Of a DNA stretch of 64,000 bases, positions 57,714 through 64,000 are shown piece by piece. Where the stretch lies: contig CAVOQV010000017.1 in the NCBI GenBank assembly GCA_963698435.1, forward strand, positions 53,812-117,811. Reading direction: 5' to 3'. Made by a program: the position numbers and the translations under genes. Numbering within the stretch: position 1 is the stretch's first letter; each line of letters starts with the position of its first letter. Source of the stretch: Ilumatobacteraceae bacterium. Its GTDB lineage: Bacteria; Actinomycetota; Acidimicrobiia; Acidimicrobiales; Ilumatobacteraceae. Below the pieces are notes generated by a model. It saw only the letters and a list, made by a program, of their open reading frames with translations. It was not told the origin of the DNA and made no database searches.

Positions 57714-57921
57714 GCCTTCCACACAGCCTGTGGGTTTGTCTCGACATGACCTTGAGTTGTCCGCCACGGAGGGTGGGTGAACAACGAGTGAACGCCCGGA
57801 ATCGGTGACCGATCGTGACCAACGCGACCCCGCTCAACTCTCACGCTCACGCGCGAGGTGAGTCCGGCGAGTAGCCGCAACAGGACCGATGCGGGACACC
57901 TCTCCGCCCGGTCCCGATCGA

Positions 57922-58830
57922 TCAGGATGTCATCGTGCGATAGATGCGTTCGAGATCTTCGAGGTCGGCGAACTCAATCGTGACTCGACCCTTCTTCGCC
58001 GTCATCTGGACACTCACGCGCGTGTCGAGGTGGTCGGCCAACAGGTGCTCCAACTCGAGCAACCCGGGCGGACGGAGCCTCGTGGAAGGCGTCAGCCCGG
58101 CACCGTCGACGGTCGAGGACTCCGGAGTCTCGTCGACCACGACCTGCTCACTCGGCGAGTCCGCACGGACGGCCTCTTCGACCATACGCACCGACCAACC
58201 GCCCGTTGCCGCCTCTCGGGCGAGCTGTTCCTGTCGCGTTCGGTCCGGCGTGCCGAGCAACGCACGAGCGTGCCCCGCACTCAGCTGACCGTCGGCAAGG
58301 AGATGCTGGACCGCGGGTGGCAAGCCAAGCAAGCGCAGGCTGTTGGTGATGGCGGAGCGGCTCTTGCCGACCCGCGTGGCGACCTGGTCGTGCGTCAAGC
58401 CGAACTCGTCGAGCAACTGCTGATAGGCGGCCGCCTCCTCGAGAGCAGTGAGATCCTGTCGGTGAAGGTTCTCCACCAGTGCCTGCTCGACCGAGCTGAC
58501 ATCGTCGGTCAACCTGATCACCGCGGGAATCGTCGTCAACCCGGCCCGTTGAGCCGCTCGCCAGCGACGTTCGCCGGCGATCAGTTCGAACGCACCGTCA
58601 TCGAGCGGGCGCACCAGGATCGGCTGCAACACACCCATTTCAGTGATCGACGCCGCCAGCTCGGTGAGACTCTCCTCGTCGAAGTGCACCCGAGGCTGAT
58701 GGGGATTCGGGGAGACCGACGCAATCGGAACATCGGACAGGACGGCACCCTGCGATGTGTCCGTGTCCGGCAGTTCTGCCCCTGGGATGATCGAGCTCAG
58801 TCCCTTGCCGAGCCCACTAGATCGCGCCAT
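57922..58830 (-). CDS. parB: Chromosome partitioning protein ParB
   Basis: MARSSGLGKGLSSII, ISVSPNPHQPR-type box, ENLHRQDL, and HTH QVATRVGKSRSAITNSLRLL. Confidence 0.95.
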   Translation of the reverse strand: MARSSGLGKGLSSIIPGAELPDTDTSQGAVLSDVPIASVSPNPHQPRVHFDEESLTELAASITEMGVLQPILVRPLDDGAFELIAGERRWRAAQRAGLTTIPAVIRLTDDVSSVEQALVENLHRQDLTALEEAAAYQQLLDEFGLTHDQVATRVGKSRSAITNSLRLLGLPPAVQHLLADGQLSAGHARALLGTPDRTRQEQLAREAATGGWSVRMVEEAVRADSPSEQVVVDETPESSTVDGAGLTPSTRLRPPGLLELEHLLADHLDTRVSVQMTAKKGRVTIEFADLEDLERIYRTMTS

Positions 58831-59713
58831 GGTGTACCTCCCGTGCTGCATCTCGGTACGCGATCGCGCCACGGGATGTCGGATCGAATGTGGTGATCGG
58901 TTGACCGAACGACGGCGCTTCGGAGAGTCGGACCGACCGCGGGATCACCGATTTGAGTACCTTGTCACCGAAGTGCTCTCGCACTTCGCGAACGACCTGA
59001 CCGGACAGCTTGGTACGCGCGTCGTACATCACGCACAGGATCGTGCTCATCTCCAGCGTCGGATTGAGGTTTCGCTTGACGAGGTCGACGTTGCGCAACA
59101 ATTGACCGAGGCCCTCCAGTGCGTAGTACTCACACTGAATCGGCACCATCACTTCACCGGCCGCAGCCAGCCCGTTGACCGTCAGCAGCCCCAGCGATGG
59201 CGGGCAATCGATCAGCACGTAGTCGTAGTCGTCGCGCACCGCCTCGATCGCTCGCTTCAACCGTTGTTCACGACTGAATGCGGGGACGAGTTCGATTTCT
59301 GCGCCGGCGAGGTCGAGTGACGCCGGTGCAACGAAGAGATTCCGGACATCGGTGGGCTCGACGACGTTCTCGAGTGGTTCCTCGTGCATGAGGACGTGGT
59401 ACATCGAGAGCTCGAGACCACGGTTCTCGATCCCGAGACCCGTCGAGGCATTCCCCTGAGGGTCGAGATCGATGATCAAGGTGCGCAGACCCATGTCCGC
59501 CAATGCCGCACCCAGGTTCACGGTGGTCGTGGTCTTACCGACACCGCCCTTCTGATTGGCGAGCGCGATCACGCGGGGGAGCGGGTGCGCCTCGGTTGGG
59601 GTGTCGAATTCCGACAACAGGTGCTCCGTTCTACGGCACGACGGTTCGGCACCGACGTGCCGCACTGGGGTGGGGGATGACCACACTCTGCCGGATTCAG
59701 CGGCACAAGACAA
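58817..59713 (-). CDS. parA: Chromosome partitioning ATPase ParA/Soj
   Basis: Deviant Walker A NQKGGVGKTTTT, plus IDLDPQGN and LIDCPPSLG. The start is uncertain (TTG 59713; internal GTG/TTG candidates down to about 59620). Confidence 0.9.
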   Translation of the reverse strand: MSCAAESGRVWSSPTPVRHVGAEPSCRRTEHLLSEFDTPTEAHPLPRVIALANQKGGVGKTTTTVNLGAALADMGLRTLIIDLDPQGNASTGLGIENRGLELSMYHVLMHEEPLENVVEPTDVRNLFVAPASLDLAGAEIELVPAFSREQRLKRAIEAVRDDYDYVLIDCPPSLGLLTVNGLAAAGEVMVPIQCEYYALEGLGQLLRNVDLVKRNLNPTLEMSTILCVMYDARTKLSGQVVREVREHFGDKVLKSVIPRSVRLSEAPSFGQPITTFDPTSRGAIAYRDAAREVHHGAI

Positions 59714-59724
59714 GCATTTCGGAG

Positions 59725-59740
59725 TGTTTCACGTGAAACA
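59725..59740. other. parS centromere-like site (perfect TGTTTCACGTGAAACA)
   Basis: Exact 16-bp palindrome in the parA-rsmG spacer. Confidence 0.9.
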
Positions 59741-59833
59741 CTCGATCTCAGCAACACCTCGCGTCCCCAATCGCCGACGTCGGCACAGAGACCCCGTTCA
59801 CCGCTGGATCCGGGGCCTGTCACCGAACCCGAG

Positions 59834-60811
59834 TCACCGAACACCATCGGCTCCGCTCCCACCAACGGCACAGCAGCTGTACCCCCACAGTACACGTCGA
59901 TCCCGCGGACGGCGGTGCGATGCTCGGGCCCCGGGGGCTGGATCACAGTCGGTCAGATCGAGCCGCAACACGAGCACCCGCTCGATGCTGCGGCGGTCCG
60001 ATCGGCGCCGGCTCATCGTCTCCTGGATCCAGCGGGGCCACCGTGATGCACCGAGTGAGTGAGGACGTGAGTGGGGGACGTGAGTGGGGGACGTGAGTGG
60101 GGGACGTGAGTGGGGGACGTGAGGAGGGGAGTGAGGAGGGGAGAGAGGAGTTGGCTCCGGCAACGGTGTTTCACGTGAAACATCGTCGCCGCCGTGCGAG
60201 GACGGGATCAGTGCTTGACGAACGTGGCCACCAAGCCGTCGAGTTCGCCGTGGGATCCCGCGGCTGCCGGGTGTCCCCGTCTCGTCGGTGCGGTGGCCTG
60301 ACGTCGCCGGCACTCGGCGGAGATCGAGTCGGTCGAGAAGATCATCATCCCAACGATTCGTTCCCGGCGGCTCGCTGATCACGATCGGTTGGCCTGTTCG
60401 AACGAGCCGGGCTGCTTGGGACAGGGTGAACTCAGGGGGGCCGAACCCGCGAGCAACGACCGCGCCGAAGGAGCGTTCCGGCTCGAATGTCGTCACGTCC
60501 TGACACACGACCGACACACGACCAGACCACCCCAGGCGCCGCACGACACGCTCGAGTGCATCCGTCCGCTTCGCGCGGCGGTCCAGAAGTGTGACCCGGA
60601 CAGCCGAGAGATCGTGGGCGATGACCAGTCCAGGGATGCCGGCTCCGCTGCCGAGGTCGAGGACCGAGTCGACCGAGCGGTGCTGCTGGAGCACTCGGAC
60701 GAAGCCGCGAGCATGGTGAATCACCTCGGGAATCGGACGCGATCCCAGGAATCCGAGTCGCTGCGCGTCTTCGAGGGCAGCGATGAGATCCGGCGCGGTC
60801 TCATCGCTCAC
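59834..60811 (-). CDS. rsmG: 16S rRNA (guanine527-N7)-methyltransferase RsmG; the last ~110-120 codons of the ORF look non-coding
   Basis: GTG 60811. Motifs LGFLG and DLGSGAGIPGL, with the core ending around ...PIVISEPPG...RW. The ORF runs on to 59834 through parS and a 13-bp tandem array. Confidence 0.8.
   Translation of the reverse strand: MSDETAPDLIAALEDAQRLGFLGSRPIPEVIHHARGFVRVLQQHRSVDSVLDLGSGAGIPGLVIAHDLSAVRVTLLDRRAKRTDALERVVRRLGWSGRVSVVCQDVTTFEPERSFGAVVARGFGPPEFTLSQAARLVRTGQPIVISEPPGTNRWDDDLLDRLDLRRVPATSGHRTDETGTPGSRGIPRRTRRLGGHVRQALIPSSHGGDDVSRETPLPEPTPLSPPHSPPHVPHSRPPLTSPTHVPHSRPHSLGASRWPRWIQETMSRRRSDRRSIERVLVLRLDLTDCDPAPGARASHRRPRDRRVLWGYSCCAVGGSGADGVR
60064..60123 (+). repeat. 13-bp tandem repeat GACGTGAGTGGGG, about 4.6 copies, followed by a purine-rich GGAGGGGAG tract to about 60150
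   Basis: Units at 60064, 60077, 60090 and 60103, with a partial unit at 60116. Confidence 0.95.
60167..60182. other. parS centromere-like site (perfect TGTTTCACGTGAAACA)
   Basis: Exact 16-bp palindrome inside the rsmG ORF tail, 442 bp from the first parS. Confidence 0.9.
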
Positions 60812-60819
60812 GGTGAGAA

Positions 60820-61713
60820 TCAGGCGGGCTCGACGATGATCCGGCGATCCGGATCTTCTCCGACCGAACGGCTCGAGACTCCACTCTCGTCGTTGAGCAC
60901 GTCGTGCACGACCTTGCGGTCCGACGAGCTCATCGCTTCGAGTGACCGGGCGGTCCCCGACGTCCTGACTTGTTCGGCGACGTCGCGCGCGAAGGACGCG
61001 AGTGCCGCTTCGCGCCGCTCGCGGTACCCGGCGACATCGACCCGGAGGCGAGTTTCGTGATCACCGAGTCGGCGCTGCGCCGACACGCGAGCCAGATCCT
61101 GAATCGCATTGAGGGTCCGGCCGCCCGGTCCAACGAGCAGTCCCAACTCCGATCCGGTCACATCAACGCGAAGCTCGAGGTCGTCGACCTGCAAGGTCGA
61201 CGTCCCCTCGGCGCCGAATGCGGCGGTCAATCCGTCCATGAAGGCCACCGCAGCAGCGCCGACCTCGTCGGGGGTCACGTTCGACTCGGGTCGATTCTCG
61301 TTGCTCATCTTCTGCTCCTCGTTCTGCTTCTGCTTGCTGCGTTGTCTGGTGGTGGATCCGTTGGCGGCCGATCGAGGCGACGTCGCCGGCTCGTCGCGTG
61401 AGCTCGACGATGACTCCGACGATGACTCCGACGGTGACTCCGACGGCTCGTCGGCCGTGGACGACCCACCCTTCGGAGCGCTTCCCGATGCCTTGTCCGA
61501 GCGACCCTTCCGGCGTCGTTCCTGCTTGGGTCGAACTTGAGCCGGCCGAACGCGCGCCCGCAAGCGGGCCTCGCCACGCATGCGGCCGAACAGTCCAGGA
61601 CGGGGTTCTTCGATCACATCGAACTCGGCCTCGTCCGCGCCGACGCCGAGCTGATCCAGCGCTGCTTCACGCGCCGCTTCGATGGTCTTCGCGGTGGTTT
61701 CGACCCACTCCAT
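60820..61713 (-). CDS. jag: Jag/SpoIIIJ-associated RNA-binding protein (Jag_N-KH-R3H)
   Basis: MEWVETTAKTIEAAREAALDQLG, KH GPGGRTLNAIQDL, and R3H ...SSDRKVVHDVL. It has a long S/E/K-rich linker. Confidence 0.85.
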   Translation of the reverse strand: MEWVETTAKTIEAAREAALDQLGVGADEAEFDVIEEPRPGLFGRMRGEARLRARVRPAQVRPKQERRRKGRSDKASGSAPKGGSSTADEPSESPSESSSESSSSSRDEPATSPRSAANGSTTRQRSKQKQNEEQKMSNENRPESNVTPDEVGAAAVAFMDGLTAAFGAEGTSTLQVDDLELRVDVTGSELGLLVGPGGRTLNAIQDLARVSAQRRLGDHETRLRVDVAGYRERREAALASFARDVAEQVRTSGTARSLEAMSSSDRKVVHDVLNDESGVSSRSVGEDPDRRIIVEPA

Positions 61714-61764
61714 GATGGTTGTCTCTTTCTGCTGCTGTGTGACCGGGCGCCCATGCGCCCACCG

Positions 61765-62967
61765 TCACGAGGATTTCTTCGGAGGATTCGGCCGCGTCGA
61801 CTTCGAGGACTTCTTTCCCTTGGCCTTGTTGGCCTGGGCCTCTTGTCGTGTCGGCGTCGGACGACCCTTGGCCCCCGACGAAGGTGTCGGGCGGTTCTTC
61901 GGCGGCGTCACTCGCTTACTCGTCGGGGCAGGTCCGGACTTGGCTGGCTTGGCCGACGTGGCGTCCCGGGTGTCGTTTGTCTTCTTGGCGTTCTTGGCGT
62001 CCTTGCCGCTCGTCGGAGGCTTCTTGGCAGTGCCGCCACCCTTGGCATCGGGCGTCGGGCCCGCGAGATCACGCTTGGCCTGCGCGAAGAAGCCACCACC
62101 GCCGCCATCGGGATTCTTCTTGGCCTCTTCGCGAGCGGCTTCGCCGGCACGTTGTGCCTGACGACCGAGTGACTCGTCGTGGCCGTAGAACGCGCGGGTG
62201 ATGTAGGCCTGCTGCAGGATCCGGAAGATCGTCTGGAAGATGTAGTAAACGACGAGCGCCGCGAGAAAGAAGATCTGGAACACGGCGAAGAACACCGGCA
62301 GGTACTGCATCAGCTTCTGCTGACTCGCCGACATCGTCGGGCTGATCGACGCGCGAGCGGCCACCATGCGCTGCTGCACGAAGTACAGCCCGGCCAGGAA
62401 CACGACCAGCAGGACATACCAGATGCCGTTCCCGAACCCGTCAGCGACGGCCTCAGCGGCAGATTTCGAGAGATCGAGCCCGAGCGACATGATCGACTGC
62501 TCGCCGAACAACGACCGGTACAGCGCCGAGTCGATGGCGAGATAACGGGGAACGAAGCCAGGATCGGCGATCTCATCCGGACGGTTGAACGCCCCCCAGA
62601 CCGCATCCGCAACCGGTGCCGCAGCACCACGAGGCACATAGGCCATGCCACGAAGGACCCGGAACATGATGTAGAACACCGGCGCCTGCGCGAGCAGAGG
62701 CAGACACGAGGCCATCGGGTTGACCTTGTGCTCCTGGTAGAGCTTCATCATCTCTTCGTTGAGCTTGGTGCGGTCGTTGCGGTACTCGTTCTGCAACTTG
62801 CGCATCTCGGGCGCCAACTTCTGCATCTCGAGCATGCCCTTGGTGCTCTTGAGTGTCAGCGGGGTCGTGATCGCCATGACGACCGCGGCGATCATCGCGA
62901 TGGCGATGGTGTAGCTGTTGGTGAGGCCGTAGAACCACGACAGCAGGGCGGCAGGAATCTCGAACAT
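61765..62967 (-). CDS. yidC: Membrane protein insertase YidC with a ~130-aa basic C-terminal tail
   Basis: The core has PLTLKSTKGMLEMQKLAPEMRKLQ...NPMASCLPLLAQAPVFYIMF. The tail is K/P/T/G-rich. Confidence 0.9.
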   Translation of the reverse strand: MFEIPAALLSWFYGLTNSYTIAIAMIAAVVMAITTPLTLKSTKGMLEMQKLAPEMRKLQNEYRNDRTKLNEEMMKLYQEHKVNPMASCLPLLAQAPVFYIMFRVLRGMAYVPRGAAAPVADAVWGAFNRPDEIADPGFVPRYLAIDSALYRSLFGEQSIMSLGLDLSKSAAEAVADGFGNGIWYVLLVVFLAGLYFVQQRMVAARASISPTMSASQQKLMQYLPVFFAVFQIFFLAALVVYYIFQTIFRILQQAYITRAFYGHDESLGRQAQRAGEAAREEAKKNPDGGGGGFFAQAKRDLAGPTPDAKGGGTAKKPPTSGKDAKNAKKTNDTRDATSAKPAKSGPAPTSKRVTPPKNRPTPSSGAKGRPTPTRQEAQANKAKGKKSSKSTRPNPPKKSS

Positions 62968-62971
62968 CGAC

Positions 62972-63262
62972 TCAGTCGACCTCTCGGGTGGACGGCGCGA
63001 TCACGAGATCGTCGCCTGGAGTACCGGCGCGAACGCTCGGCGTTGGATCGGGAACCGGGTCGAAACCGCTGGGGCCGAAGGGACGACAACGCAACAGCCG
63101 GGTCACCGTCAACCACCCACCGCGCAGGGTGCCGTGTCGTTCGAACGACTCGTGCGCATAGTTCGAGCACGTGGGATAGAAGCGGCACGGCGATGGTCGC
63201 CCCGCGAACGCGCGTTGATACGCCTCGATCCACGACAACGCTCGACGTTGCGTCCAGGTCAT
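62972..63262 (-). CDS. yidD: Membrane protein insertion efficiency factor YidD
   Basis: [28 protein letters not shown] overlap with the rnpA stop. Confidence 0.85.
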   Translation of the reverse strand: MTWTQRRALSWIEAYQRAFAGRPSPCRFYPTCSNYAHESFERHGTLRGGWLTVTRLLRCRPFGPSGFDPVPDPTPSVRAGTPGDDLVIAPSTREVD

Positions 63263-63636
63263 CGGGGCGTCTCCCGACGCTGAGACCCCGACACCCGATG
63301 CAGAGACCCCGACACCTGGTGCTGACGCACCTTGTCGAGCAGCAACGCCACCGTTCGCTCCACCTCGGCGAACGTGTGTTCGCAGGCGGGAACTCGGGCG
63401 CCGATCAGATACAGACCCGGTGGAACGTCGGAGCCGGCCAACACCGCACGCAGCCGACGGCGCAGCCGATTCCGCTGAACGGCGGTACCGACGGCGCGAC
63501 CGATGGCGAACGCCACCTGCGGGGGAGCCAGGTCGGGATCGAGGACGAACGAACACCACAGCGAATCGGCCCGCACGCGGACACCCTCACGCCGAAGGCG
63601 GACGAAGGCGTCGCGTTCGCGGACCCGGTCGATCAA
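63259..63636 (-). CDS. rnpA: Ribonuclease P protein component
   Basis: Position between rpmH and yidD. Motifs [15 protein letters not shown] and [12 protein letters not shown]. The proposed TTG start at 63636 overlaps the rpmH stop (TTGA). Confidence 0.75.
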   Translation of the reverse strand: MIDRVRERDAFVRLRREGVRVRADSLWCSFVLDPDLAPPQVAFAIGRAVGTAVQRNRLRRRLRAVLAGSDVPPGLYLIGARVPACEHTFAEVERTVALLLDKVRQHQVSGSLHRVSGSQRRETPR

Positions 63637-63767
63637 GCCGAAAGTCGGGCCCGGCCCTTGGCCCGGCGGGACTTCAACACTGCACGACCGGCGCGGGTGC
63701 TCATGCGCGCACGGAACCCGTGCTTGCGGGCTCGGCGGCGGTTGTTGGGCTGATAGGTACGCTTCAC
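63633..63767 (-). CDS. rpmH: 50S ribosomal protein L34 (too short for the ORF track)
   Basis: Manual translation from GTG 63767 gives [44 protein letters not shown]. Confidence 0.9.
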   Translation of the reverse strand: MKRTYQPNNRRRARKHGFRARMSTRAGRAVLKSRRAKGRARLSA

Positions 63768-63903
63768 GGCTGACTCCGGACGGCTCGAGACGAATCATGT
63801 TCCGTCGACGTGCATGGATGCGCGCCTCACGGACTGACCTGGCAAGGCTAGAGGCACCTGTGCACCTGCGCCAACCGTCAACGTCAAACCACAATGATGT
63901 AAG

Positions 63904-63912
63904 TTGTCCACA
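63904..63912 (+). promoter_or_regulatory. Consensus DnaA box TTGTCCACA upstream of rpmH (origin-proximal region)
   Basis: Exact 9-mer. The flanks are identical to the 57703-57717 copy. Confidence 0.6.
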
Positions 63913-64000
63913 GCCTCGCATGGGGGGTGTCGTCCCAGCGTGTTCGACATGTTGACGGTCACCATGACAACGTTCTCGTCAAGTTTTCGACAACAGTCAC

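Noticed and set aside
57704-57921. A tRNA or other small RNA gene in the 218-bp cwlM-parB spacer, and also in the spacers at 16517-16707 and 39702-39904.
   Set aside because: No cloverleaf-compatible segments or GGTTCGANTCC-type T-arm were found. Nothing supports an RNA gene beyond the DnaA boxes and small hairpins.

Overview
This is a high-GC, actinobacterial-type chromosomal segment whose right end runs into the replication-origin neighbourhood. About 65 protein genes can be supported. I found no rRNA, tRNA, CRISPR array, transposase, integrase, prophage or recognisable defence genes, so I do not see a mobile or defence island. From 46 to 64 kb lies the classic ori-proximal actinobacterial block in Mycobacterium-like order: cca, GNAT, an Rv3909-like protein, DegV, a Ser/Thr kinase, ECF sigma/anti-sigma, trxB-trxA, cwlM-like, parB-parA, rsmG, jag, yidC, yidD, rnpA and rpmH. 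This block carries two perfect parS sites and consensus DnaA boxes. From 38 to 43 kb lies dnaB-rplI-rpsR-ssb-rpsF-DUF192-DUF5318. The left 38 kb is metabolic and transport content: a duplicated ABC-2 operon, PhyH/TetR, a DszB-like protein with a rhodanese, MMPL/TetR, LLM oxidoreductases, KAS III, engB, trkHA, a BVMO, DUF389, D-aminoacylase with TauD, azlCD, trmB, pirin, purEK, a kinase-like/flippase-like membrane protein and two PLP enzymes. The signals I consider most worth a second look are: (1) a hairpin plus G-tract element I do not recognise, present three times and always directly 5' of, and co-oriented with, a gene; (2) a 27-nt element present twice at 26/27 identity; (3) a four-box DnaA-box cluster upstream of dnaB, plus an identical 15-mer DnaA box shared by the cwlM-parB spacer and the rpmH upstream region; (4) two perfect parS sites bracketing a 13-bp tandem array inside the apparent rsmG tail; (5) an orphan cytoplasmic DszB-like protein with a rhodanese behind a perfect 15-bp palindrome; (6) a cwlM-like gene whose first domain lies upstream of any canonical start codon and whose amidase motifs are degenerate. 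Three genes look frameshifted and one looks truncated. That could be real decay or indel errors in the assembly, and it should be checked against reads. All calls come from reading the sequence and the ORF track. No database search was run.
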